Part shown: positions 18,961 through 27,926 of the stretch, one piece after another
Layout: every line of letters starts with the position of its first letter
Position numbering within the stretch: position 1 is the stretch's first letter
IMG/VR virus record: IMGVR_UViG_3300032135_000291
Location: 10,916-74,915 of that record
From: a virus
Lineage: Duplodnaviria; Caudoviricetes
Strand: one strand, 5' to 3'
DNA length: 64,000 bases
Notes under the pieces: generated by a model
Told to the model about the DNA's origin: nothing
Databases searched by the model: none
The model's input: the letters and a program-made list of their open reading frames with translations, nothing else
Program-made: the position numbers and the translations under genes

Positions 18961-19635
18961 ATGGGAGCCACATTGGGTATCGGTATCGCAATCCTTTTGT
19001 GGTCGGCCGCGGCGGCGCTGTCCCTTCCACAGACGGTCGCGGCCACTCACTTTCTTGCACGCTCCCCGGTCACCCTGGTCCACGAGTTCTCGCACGTCGT
19101 AGCGGCAACGCTCACTGGCGGCTTCTCGTGGAGTCTGCGCCTCTCGGGCGCCGGGGGAGCGCGGGTACGAAGCGTTCACCTCACACTCGCCTCGCACCTG
19201 GTCACGCCCCTCGCCGGCTATCTGGGACCGCCCCTCGTTGGCGCGATGGTCGTGGTGCTAGACGTCAAGATGAATGGCGCCATGTGGGACTCCGCCCCGG
19301 TGCTCCTGTTCGGAATCGTCGGTGTCTCCTGTCTGCTGCTGTCGAGGGACTGGCGCGCACTCCTCGCCTCCGCGTGGCTCCTGGCACTGGTCGGGGTGCT
19401 CATGCAGACCGGGTGGACGCTTCTCGCGCCAATCGGTCTGGCGTTGTGCTTGGTAGGGACCGTCGACACCATCCGGCTCGTCATCCTGCATTCACGTTTC
19501 GGTTCCGACATGCCCAGCGACGCGGTTGACGCCGGCCGAGGGGTCGTGCCACCCGTGGCGATCGCGGTCCTGTGGGCCACGGTCGCCATCGCGTGCACCG
19601 TCGCTGCCGTGCTCGTCATCGCGCGGGTCTTGTGA
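18961..19635 (+). CDS. Peptidase M50B-like membrane metalloprotease
   Basis: HEFSH zinc motif, LAGYLGP, SDA near C-terminus, multiple TM segments. Confidence 0.8.
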   Translation: MGATLGIGIAILLWSAAAALSLPQTVAATHFLARSPVTLVHEFSHVVAATLTGGFSWSLRLSGAGGARVRSVHLTLASHLVTPLAGYLGPPLVGAMVVVLDVKMNGAMWDSAPVLLFGIVGVSCLLLSRDWRALLASAWLLALVGVLMQTGWTLLAPIGLALCLVGTVDTIRLVILHSRFGSDMPSDAVDAGRGVVPPVAIAVLWATVAIACTVAAVLVIARVL

Positions 19636-19713
19636 CTCCGTGTTGGACACCATTAGCGCCCTCAAAAGTGTGGTAGTTTTCGCACGGGCATATTGAAACA
19701 TCAAGGGAGAGAA

Positions 19714-20724
19714 GTGAGCGTAGCGGACGAAGCAGGGCAAGCGCTGAGCCCTGCATTTAGCGACGCCTACGCCACGGTGTACCAGGGCGACTGCGAAAGC
19801 GTTCTCCCTCAACTTCCCGCCGAATCGGCGGACTCAATAGTCACCGATTCGCCCTACGGCCTGACGATGATCGACGAGGCCAAGACCCGAGCCGCACTCG
19901 ACCAGTGGCTGTCTGGCAACGACTCGTTCGTTCCTGATGGCGCCGGTTTCATGAGCAACGAGTGGGACCGTTTCGTGCCCCCGCCGGCCACGTGGAGAGC
20001 AGCAGCCCGCGTCCTCAAGCCGGGCGGTTACGTGCTGTGCTTCGCCGGGTCGCGCACCGTGGACCTGATGATGCTGAGCCTGCGCCTCGCGGGCCTTCAC
20101 ATCGCAGGGACGACCGAGTGGGTCTACGGCACGGGCATGCCCAAGGCGTCCGACGTGTCCCGCACGATCGATAGACACCTCGGTCACGAAGGTGAGGTCG
20201 TTGGGTCGCGTCTGGTGGACACCAGCATCCGCAACCAGAACCTGCACTCCGGCTCCCGCACCGCGATGATGGTCACCCAGGACGTGCGCTCACTCAGCGC
20301 CCTCGCCCAGCCGTGGGAGGGCTGGTATCCAAACCTCAAACCCGCCCACGAGCCGGTCATCATCGCGCAGAAGCCGCGCGAAGACGGAAGCGTGGACTCA
20401 CGCAAGGTACCGCCCTTCCGCTACATCGCCAAGGCCAGCACGTCAGAGCGGCCCGCCTACTTCGACGAAGAGGGCAACGAGGTCTCGCACAACACAGTGA
20501 AGCCCGTGGCTGTGATGAAGTGGCTCGTCTCGCTGGTCACGCCCGTGGGCGGCACGGTGCTCGATCCGTTCGTCGGCTCGGGCACGACATGCGAGGCTGC
20601 AACGCTCGTCGGTGTCGACTCCATTGGAATCGAGTTGGACGCCAAGCACATCCCTCTGGTGGTGGCCCGCATGACCAGCAAGGACCTCTGGGGCGGCTCG
20701 CTCTTCGACTGGAACATGCAATGA
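19714..20724 (+). CDS. DNA methyltransferase (N6/N4 amino-MTase, beta-class order)
   Basis: DSIVTDSPYG catalytic motif precedes VLDPFVGSGTT SAM motif; HNTVKP; GTG start with SD agggaga. Confidence 0.85.
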   Translation: MSVADEAGQALSPAFSDAYATVYQGDCESVLPQLPAESADSIVTDSPYGLTMIDEAKTRAALDQWLSGNDSFVPDGAGFMSNEWDRFVPPPATWRAAARVLKPGGYVLCFAGSRTVDLMMLSLRLAGLHIAGTTEWVYGTGMPKASDVSRTIDRHLGHEGEVVGSRLVDTSIRNQNLHSGSRTAMMVTQDVRSLSALAQPWEGWYPNLKPAHEPVIIAQKPREDGSVDSRKVPPFRYIAKASTSERPAYFDEEGNEVSHNTVKPVAVMKWLVSLVTPVGGTVLDPFVGSGTTCEAATLVGVDSIGIELDAKHIPLVVARMTSKDLWGGSLFDWNMQ

Positions 20725-21494
20725 GTGGCTGGGGTGTGGCGCTTGAAGGCCTGCGGTCTCGCGAGAGCGGATCGTTCGGCAGCGCCGTCATCGACGTCGA
20801 ATGGGATCTCGAAGCGCCCTCGCTCGCCGTGCCGCCCGCCGCGTTGGGCGAGATGCCCATGATGCGGGTGGCGAAGGAGTGCGCTCGAGTGCTGCTTCCC
20901 GGTTCGGTCGTCGCGCTGCGAGTTCCCTCTCGTCTCGTCGACATTGCGGGGCTCGCTCTGCGACTTGCCGGGTTCGAGTTCCGCGACTCCATCGCCGTGC
21001 TGGACGACGAACAGCCTTCGTACTGGATCATCGCTCGTGCTGCGCTCGATGGCACACTGCCCGCCAACGTGCTCAAACACGGGACTGGCGTGCTGAACGT
21101 CCGAGACACCAGAATCGCGGCCGCAGGCGGTGCGTCCGCGGGCAAAACGGCGACGCCCGGAGGCCGCTTCACTCCCAACGTCATCCTCTCGCCCGCGGCC
21201 GCGATAGAGATGGACCGTCAGGCGCCCGTGGCTGGCGCAGGAGGCCCCGCTTCTGGACCCACGTTCTCTGGCGCCTCGAAATCGAACTCGATGGCAGGGC
21301 ACTTCTCCGGCATGGGCGATCGCTCCCCCTCCTTTCACGCGGACAGCGGGGGAGCGTCGCGCTTCTTTCCGACTGTTGACACGATTGCGTCCGACTGGAT
21401 TGGGGTGCTCATCGGCGTGCCAGCAGCACCAACCTTGAATGTCCCAGCGATCGTTTCAGACAGCAAAAGCCTCCCACACCGGTTGATAGCATGA
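20721..21494 (+). CDS. Degenerate DNA-methyltransferase-like protein
   Basis: ATGA coupling; ECARVLLPG..LALRLAGFEFRD; NVLKHGTGVLNV..GRFTPNVIL..DSGGASRFF, but no DPPY or FxGxG motif. Confidence 0.55.
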   Translation: MSGWGVALEGLRSRESGSFGSAVIDVEWDLEAPSLAVPPAALGEMPMMRVAKECARVLLPGSVVALRVPSRLVDIAGLALRLAGFEFRDSIAVLDDEQPSYWIIARAALDGTLPANVLKHGTGVLNVRDTRIAAAGGASAGKTATPGGRFTPNVILSPAAAIEMDRQAPVAGAGGPASGPTFSGASKSNSMAGHFSGMGDRSPSFHADSGGASRFFPTVDTIASDWIGVLIGVPAAPTLNVPAIVSDSKSLPHRLIA

Positions 21495-21516
21495 GGAAAC
21501 ACCTACAAGGAGCGCG

Positions 21517-22485
21517 ATGTACCCCAAAGTTCGCTTGATCTGGGAGGACGAAGTCCGCCTCAGCGATGCGATCTTCCCTGCGCGCGAAGTTCGGTTGCGC
21601 CTTGGGGGCTCAGAGGCCACCACACAACTTGATCAGGACGTCTTGGCGAAGGCTCAGGTCGCGATGGACGAACTTGTCCTGTCGCACTCGACCCTCGCGC
21701 AACGCGCAGCCGACGAGGTGCTCTTTGGCTCTCCGTCGTCGGCGACCATCGATCGTGAAGACCTCGTCCAGGTCGGCATGATCGCCATGTACTCGTGCGC
21801 GAAGGCATTCGACGCGCGACGCCGCAGCGATGGCATCGACCGTGACACCGGTAACCGCTTCTCGTTCTACGCGAAGATGTACATCAAGCGCGCCATGTAC
21901 CGCACCCTGAAGGGTGGCGACGCGCTGATGACGGGATCCGTGGCAACACGCGACCGCACGCGAGAGTGGCTCAACCACCGCGACGCACTCGCCGAGGAAC
22001 TTGGCCGCAAGCCCACACTCGTCGAGGTGTCCGAGTATTGCGGCATTGCCATAGACACCATCGACATGACGCTGCTCGGACGCCGGGCCGTCATCAGCGC
22101 ACCATCGGGCACCAGCGACGACGGCGAGGAGATGGAGGTCGATGCAGGGGAGCCGGAACGCACTGGCGACGTTGACGACCAGATCCTCGCAGAGGCGTAC
22201 GCGCTCGCACTGGACCGGGTGCTGCGATCGGTCCTTATGCCCGATGAAGTCGACGCGTTCTCTCTCTGGATGGGAATTGACCGGGCCGTGCCGCGGTCCG
22301 TGCCCGAAGTGGCCAGAGAATTGGGCTTCAAGGTCGCTCCGACTATGGAACTCGTTGGCCGGGCCGTTGCGCGACTGCGCCACCCACAAAACTTGACACT
22401 GATTCGCGAGGCGGCACGTGATGCCCTCGATGCGATTGAGGGCGCTCACCAGGAGTTTGCTGCACTAGAAATGGCGCGTCGATAA
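21517..22485 (+). CDS. Sigma-70 family RNA polymerase sigma factor (divergent)
   Basis: EDLVQVGMIAMYSCAKAFD..RFSFYA (region 2), EELGRKPTLVEVS (region 3), RSVPEVARELG (region 4). Confidence 0.8.
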   Translation: MYPKVRLIWEDEVRLSDAIFPAREVRLRLGGSEATTQLDQDVLAKAQVAMDELVLSHSTLAQRAADEVLFGSPSSATIDREDLVQVGMIAMYSCAKAFDARRRSDGIDRDTGNRFSFYAKMYIKRAMYRTLKGGDALMTGSVATRDRTREWLNHRDALAEELGRKPTLVEVSEYCGIAIDTIDMTLLGRRAVISAPSGTSDDGEEMEVDAGEPERTGDVDDQILAEAYALALDRVLRSVLMPDEVDAFSLWMGIDRAVPRSVPEVARELGFKVAPTMELVGRAVARLRHPQNLTLIREAARDALDAIEGAHQEFAALEMARR

Positions 22486-22517
22486 GACGTTCGCGGGGAC
22501 CAAGAGAGGCTGCACCC

Positions 22518-24533
22518 ATGACGAATTATGGAGCCGATGACATCATCGCGCTTGAGGGGCTCGAAGCGGTCTATCGTCGTCCCGCAATGTATGTCGGCAC
22601 CACAGATAAGCGCGGCTTTCACCACCTGCTGTGGGAGATCGTCGATAACTCCGTAGACGAGGCAATGGGCGGTCACGCCAACCGCATCACCGTGACGATT
22701 CACGAGGACGAGTCCGTCACCGTGACGGACAACGGCCGCGGCATCCCCGTCGCGAAGCAGACCCATGGGTCATACAAGGGCATGTCGACCCTCGAAATGG
22801 TCATGACGGTGCTGCACGCTGGCGGCAAGTTCGAGGGCAAGGGCTATCAGTTCTCCGGCGGCCTGCACGGCGTCGGCGTGTCCGTCGTCAACGCGCTGTC
22901 GACCCGCGTCGAAGTGCAGGTGCGCAGAGACGGCCAAATCCACTCGATGGCCTTCGCCGGCAAGAAGAAGAAGGTCCGCGGACAGACCGAGTCGTTCATC
23001 CCAGGGCTCGTCGACGAGCCGCTCAAAGTCATCGGCACCACCAAGACGAAGGCCGAGACGGGCACCCAGACGAGGTTCTGGCCGAACCTGGACATCTTCA
23101 CGTGCGACACGTGGGACTCCAAGTTGGTCCTCGCGCACATGCGCCGCAGCGCCTTCCTGAACCCAGGTCTCACGTTCGTGTTCTCGGACGAGCGCCACAG
23201 CGACGCACCCGTCGAGTTCTGCTACCCCAACGGCCTGGCCGACTTCATGGCAGAAGAGGCCGCGGAGCGCATCGCAGACGACGAGGAAGCGTCGATCGAC
23301 AACGTCCACCCGAAGGACGCAATCGTCCTCAGCGGGGCTGCGGAAGACGGCACGGGACAGTGGGACCTGGCGATGCTGTGGTTCCCTGACGAGCGCTACG
23401 TCATCCACTCGTTTGCCAACGGCGTGAACACGCCCAACGGTGGCGCACACGTCAAGGGCCTCGAAGAGGCCATGACCGCGTCGCTGAACAAGTACGCCCA
23501 CCAGGACCACATCGCACTGCTGGGGGAGAAGGACCAGAACCTCGCCGCGTCCGACTGGCGCTCCGGCTGCGGCTACGTGATTGCCGCGAAGGTGCGCGAG
23601 CCGCAGTTCGTCGGCCAGACCAAAGAGGAACTGTCCAACCCCGAGATCAAGGCGATGGTGAAGAGCCAATTCTCTGTGCAGTTCGCGCAGTGGCTTGATG
23701 CCCACCCGGCCGAGGCGAAGAACCTCGTCGAGCGCTTCGTGCAGCAGATGCGGTTCCGCATCAAGATGGCTGACTTCGCCAAGTCCGAGAAGTCCAAGGG
23801 CAAGCAGGGCTTCCAGGCCGCCAAGTTGCCGCTGCCGGCCAAACTGGCTGACTGCTCGCGCCACACCGGCGCCGAACTGTTCATCGTCGAGGGTGACTCC
23901 GCTGCCGGTCCAGCCATCAAGGCCCGCAACTCGGGCTTCCAGGCGGTCCTGCCGGTAAGAGGCAAGGGCCTCAACATCGAGCGGGCACTCAACGGACGTG
24001 ACGCCGAGTCGAAGATCTCCGACAACCGAGAGGTCCAGGGGATCATCGCCGCCATCGGCGCCGGCTCGCAGGACATGTTCGACCCGTCGAAGATGCGCTA
24101 CGACAAGATCGTCATGCTGATGGACGCGGACCCTGACGGTCGGCACATCGCCATCCTGCTGATGACCCTGTTCTACCGACTGATGCCGCAACTGGTGGAG
24201 GACGGTCACCTGTATGTGGCACGGCCGCCGCTGTTCGGAACCAGGCAGAAGGACAAGAAGGTCTACCTGTCGAGCGAGGCTGAACGCGACGCCTTCCTCG
24301 CAGCGAACCCTCGTCACGCGGATCCGATGCTCCGATTCAAGGGTCTCGGTGAGATGAACTTCCGCGAACTCGGGGAGACCACGATCGAGCCCTCGACCCG
24401 TTCACTGGGGCGGCTCGTCATCGAAGACGCTCTGCAGGCCGACGCAACGCTCCGAAGCCTCATGGGCTCCAACTCGGCGACCAAGTGGGACGTCCTGAAA
24501 GATGCAGTGTTCGACGAGGAGGATGTCGCATGA
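22518..24533 (+). CDS. gyrB: Type IIA topoisomerase subunit B (GyrB/ParE)
   Basis: RRPAMYVG, EIVDNSVDE, DNGRGIP, HAGGKF, GGLHGVG, EGDSA, DADPDG, RFKGLGEM. Confidence 0.95.
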   Translation: MTNYGADDIIALEGLEAVYRRPAMYVGTTDKRGFHHLLWEIVDNSVDEAMGGHANRITVTIHEDESVTVTDNGRGIPVAKQTHGSYKGMSTLEMVMTVLHAGGKFEGKGYQFSGGLHGVGVSVVNALSTRVEVQVRRDGQIHSMAFAGKKKKVRGQTESFIPGLVDEPLKVIGTTKTKAETGTQTRFWPNLDIFTCDTWDSKLVLAHMRRSAFLNPGLTFVFSDERHSDAPVEFCYPNGLADFMAEEAAERIADDEEASIDNVHPKDAIVLSGAAEDGTGQWDLAMLWFPDERYVIHSFANGVNTPNGGAHVKGLEEAMTASLNKYAHQDHIALLGEKDQNLAASDWRSGCGYVIAAKVREPQFVGQTKEELSNPEIKAMVKSQFSVQFAQWLDAHPAEAKNLVERFVQQMRFRIKMADFAKSEKSKGKQGFQAAKLPLPAKLADCSRHTGAELFIVEGDSAAGPAIKARNSGFQAVLPVRGKGLNIERALNGRDAESKISDNREVQGIIAAIGAGSQDMFDPSKMRYDKIVMLMDADPDGRHIAILLMTLFYRLMPQLVEDGHLYVARPPLFGTRQKDKKVYLSSEAERDAFLAANPRHADPMLRFKGLGEMNFRELGETTIEPSTRSLGRLVIEDALQADATLRSLMGSNSATKWDVLKDAVFDEEDVA

Positions 24534-27022
24534 GCCCGCAGAAGGCACCAGTCAGCACGGCACTTGCGGCAGAGGACGTCGACTTCTCGGTCGAAGCCAC
24601 CAACGCCTTCGTCGAGTTCGGTTCGTACTCCAACTCGCGAGCCATCCCGGACGTGCGTGACGGGCTCAAAATGGGTGGCCGCCGCACCATTTGGGCCTTC
24701 TACAAGGCGAACGCCGTTCCCGGCAAGCCGACACGTAAGGCGGCACTCCTCGTCGGTCAGGTCATGGCGTGGCACCCGCACGGTGACGCGGGCATCTACG
24801 ACGGCGTCGTCACGATGACGCACGTGCCGTCCGATGGTCCGCCCATCCGCAAGTTGGTGCCGCTGGTCTACGGGCAGGGCGGTTGGGGCGACATCGACAA
24901 CGGTGCTTCCCAGCCGCGTTACACGGAGGCGCGACTGAACGACGAGTCCATGCTGCTGCTCGGGCTGTCCGAGTCCGTGCTGGGCGCCGGAGAGGCCGCC
25001 GAGGTCGCCGAGAACGGCGTCCGCCTGGTGAAGAACTACTCAGGCGAACTGGACGAGCCGACCGTGATGCCCGCGTTGTGGCCGCAGTTCGTCATCAACG
25101 GCGTGGAAGGCATCGGTGCGGGCGTCTCCACGTTCACCCCCGGCCACCACCCTGTAGAGGCACTCGACTTGGCGTTGTCGCTCGTGGATACGGACAACCC
25201 GCGCTGGGCGACCATTCAGAAGTTGATGCCGGGCCCCGACCTGCCCGCCGACTGCGACATCTACGACATCGACGGCGGCATTGAGTCCTACATGACGACC
25301 GGCAAGGGCCAGTTCGTGCAGCGCGCCCGCTACGAGGTCATCCCCACGGAGGGCAAGGGCAACAAGGGCAGCACCATGGTTGTCACCGGCTTCCCGTTCC
25401 GCGTCTCTCCCGCCATGGTCATTGAGGGCATCAACGATCAGATCGCGTCCGAAGACCTCCCTCCGATGTCGATGCGCAACCTGTCCGACGGTGACGGCTT
25501 CCGCCTCGAAATCGACCTTGGCAACGGCGACACCGAGGCGATCATTCAGCGGCTGCTGTACCTGGGACGCAAGGTGCACCTCCAAGAGACCTTCTCGGTT
25601 AACTCGTGGGCGATCGTCGACAACCAGGTCCGTCGCGTGTCCACCGTCGACGCGCTGCGTCACTGGGTGGCTCACCGCCGCACGGTGATCCGTCGCCGCA
25701 CAAAGTTCCGTCTCGACAAGGCCGAGGAGCGCCACGAGATCGTCGTCGGCCTGCTCAAGGCAGTGCCGATCGCTCACCTCATCGTTGAGGTCGTCCGGTC
25801 CAGCGCGAACCGCGCCGAAGCGGCCGTCGAGATGACTAAGCAGTGGGGCTTCACGGAGCGCCAGAACCAGGCCATCCTCGACATGAACGTCGGGCAACTG
25901 GCCCGCATCGGTGTGGAGCGCTACGAGAACGAGAAGATCTACCTCGAAGCGCGTATCGCCGACTGCAAGGAAATCCTCGGAGACCCCAAGGCGCTGTCTG
26001 CCCGCCTCAAGGACGAGATCCGTGCGACCAAGAAGCACTTCGCGGGCCACGAGCGACGCTGCCGCCTGATGGAGGGCTGCGCCAAGGTGGAACGCCCCAA
26101 GGTCGCAGTGAGCATGGTGCCTTCCAAGAAGATCTATCTCGCGCACACATCCACCTGGTATTTGCGCCAGGTCGCCAAGCGCAACATCAACCCCATCGTG
26201 GGTGTTGACCACGTCGTCGGGTTCCTGGAAACCACGAGCCACGACATGGTCGACGTCGTCACCAACAGGGGCAACCTGACTCGCATCAAGGCCGACTCGG
26301 TCCCCGACAAGGCGACCCGCGCGGATGCGCTGGTCAAGGTCGAGGTGGGAGAGCGGGCGATCCTGGCGGGGTCAACCGCCGGCGGCGCTGACGTCATCCT
26401 GGTGACCCGCAGCGGCCTTGTGAAGCGAGCCGGTCACGACGACAACTCGGCGATGCGTCCGGGGCGCGCGTACTGCGTCCAGCCGGTGTCTGACGGCGAC
26501 GAGGTCGCCTGGGCCTTCCACGCCCGTCCTGGGGCCGATGAGAGGCTCATCGGGATCACAGCGAACGGGTACGTGCTGGCCGTGAACGCCGACGACCCTG
26601 TGTTCCGTGCGAGGTCACGTACTGCGCGAGGTAACTCGCTCATCAACGTGGTCAGCGGTGACTCACTCGTGTGGGTTGGACTGGTAGGCGCCAAGGATCG
26701 CGTCGTCGCCTGGACCGAAGCCGGCGGCACCTTCGCGCTCAAATCTTCGCAGATGAACACGCTCAACCGCGGTACGAAGGGCACCCGGGTGTGCCACCAC
26801 AAGTCGCTGGTCGCCGGAGCCACATCCGGCCCCGGCCGCACGTTGGCCATGTTCAACATCGGAGATGAAGGCGATGCAGCACGCGAAGTCGACGTGCGGA
26901 CGCTCACCGAAGGGCCCGAGGTCAAGCGCCCCACTGTCGTCGACGGGATCACCAAGGCTGGCACCGTCATCTGGCTGACAGAAGCAGGCAGCCTTGCCGA
27001 AGACGGTGAGGAAACAGCATGA
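24530..27022 (+). CDS. gyrA: Type IIA topoisomerase subunit A (GyrA/ParC), divergent; no GyrA-box seen
   Basis: RAIPDVRDGLK, HPHGD, catalytic RY in PRYTEARL, beta-pinwheel-like CTD; ATGA overlap. Confidence 0.9.
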   Translation: MSPQKAPVSTALAAEDVDFSVEATNAFVEFGSYSNSRAIPDVRDGLKMGGRRTIWAFYKANAVPGKPTRKAALLVGQVMAWHPHGDAGIYDGVVTMTHVPSDGPPIRKLVPLVYGQGGWGDIDNGASQPRYTEARLNDESMLLLGLSESVLGAGEAAEVAENGVRLVKNYSGELDEPTVMPALWPQFVINGVEGIGAGVSTFTPGHHPVEALDLALSLVDTDNPRWATIQKLMPGPDLPADCDIYDIDGGIESYMTTGKGQFVQRARYEVIPTEGKGNKGSTMVVTGFPFRVSPAMVIEGINDQIASEDLPPMSMRNLSDGDGFRLEIDLGNGDTEAIIQRLLYLGRKVHLQETFSVNSWAIVDNQVRRVSTVDALRHWVAHRRTVIRRRTKFRLDKAEERHEIVVGLLKAVPIAHLIVEVVRSSANRAEAAVEMTKQWGFTERQNQAILDMNVGQLARIGVERYENEKIYLEARIADCKEILGDPKALSARLKDEIRATKKHFAGHERRCRLMEGCAKVERPKVAVSMVPSKKIYLAHTSTWYLRQVAKRNINPIVGVDHVVGFLETTSHDMVDVVTNRGNLTRIKADSVPDKATRADALVKVEVGERAILAGSTAGGADVILVTRSGLVKRAGHDDNSAMRPGRAYCVQPVSDGDEVAWAFHARPGADERLIGITANGYVLAVNADDPVFRARSRTARGNSLINVVSGDSLVWVGLVGAKDRVVAWTEAGGTFALKSSQMNTLNRGTKGTRVCHHKSLVAGATSGPGRTLAMFNIGDEGDAAREVDVRTLTEGPEVKRPTVVDGITKAGTVIWLTEAGSLAEDGEETA

Positions 27023-27348
27023 GTGAGTCGACGACGTTCGCAGCGCTATTCCTCCTCGTTCTCGCGCACTACGTGGCCAACTCCGGGATGCAGGCGGGGC
27101 AAGTTGCCTATGAGAAGGGCCGGACCCGCGGAGACTCGAACGGCCCCCGGGGGCTTGTCGCGCACGCGTGCATTCACGGGGCCACAGTTACTGCGGCACT
27201 AATGGCCGTGGGTCTTCCGTGGCTTGTCCCTGCGATGACGACCATTGTTGTGTACGGCGTGATCGGTTCCTTCAAGAGCGCACGCACTGATTGGGTGCTG
27301 CACGCGGGTCGTATCATCTTTGTTTGGCTCTTGGCGCTCAACCTGTGA
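27019..27348 (+). CDS. Small membrane protein, DUF3307-like
   Basis: LAHYVAN..Q and LVAHACIHG motifs; hydrophobic; ATGA coupling. Confidence 0.55.
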   Translation: MSESTTFAALFLLVLAHYVANSGMQAGQVAYEKGRTRGDSNGPRGLVAHACIHGATVTAALMAVGLPWLVPAMTTIVVYGVIGSFKSARTDWVLHAGRIIFVWLLALNL

Positions 27349-27563
27349 GCCCCAGCAGGGCAAAGAGCACATGGTCGTCTCGAGGAAGTGCCTGCGGGCG
27401 TTGTTCTTCGTGAATCGAGGCACGAACCGCTCCGGGTCGCGCAACCGTCCGTGGACACCAGGTCAGGCCCCGTCATCTGGCTGACAGACGCAAGCAGCCT
27501 TGCCAAAATCGACGAGGCCGCTTGATGAATGCCCGGGTGGACACCTTCACCAAAATGCCGCCA

Positions 27564-27598
27564 GGAAGCCCCGTCCGTAAGGGCGGGGAGGATGTCAA
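27564..27598 (+). mobile_element. Orphan IS200/IS605/IS607-type (TnpB-associated) right-end hairpin
   Basis: GGAAGCCCCGTCCGTAAGGGCGGGGAGGATGTCAA resembles the subterminal hairpin + end typical of these IS right ends; no tnpA/tnpB adjacent. Confidence 0.6.
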
Positions 27599-27916
27599 TA
27601 TGCGGACTTTGAAGGCGGGGAGTACCCCGTCATGCAGGGCTCGCCGAGCCACCGCGACTCCGGGGCGACGCACCCACTGAACCCACTGCACCCGGAAGAG
27701 CGCGCCGTGCGCAGGGAGTTGTGTCGCCGCAAGAGCGATGACTCCGAGGGCCGGTATCTCCACCCGCACAATCAGGCAGCGTGGAGTGCACTGCTCGAGG
27801 GCGGGTACATCGAGCGGCACGAGGTGTTCTCCGACGATGGCTACGAGGATGGCGAAACGCACTCGTTGGACGACTCGCACCTGATGCTGGTCCTGGCCCT
27901 CTACCCGAACCCGTAG
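27599..27916 (+). pseudogene. 5'-truncated class A family member (C-terminal LALYPNP part only)
   Basis: Frame stays open up to the IS-like end; DSEGRYLHPHNQAAWSALL..LVLALYPNP; lacks N-terminal Cys/His tag and GGATAC motif. Confidence 0.65.
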
Positions 27917-27926
27917 GGCCGCCGAA

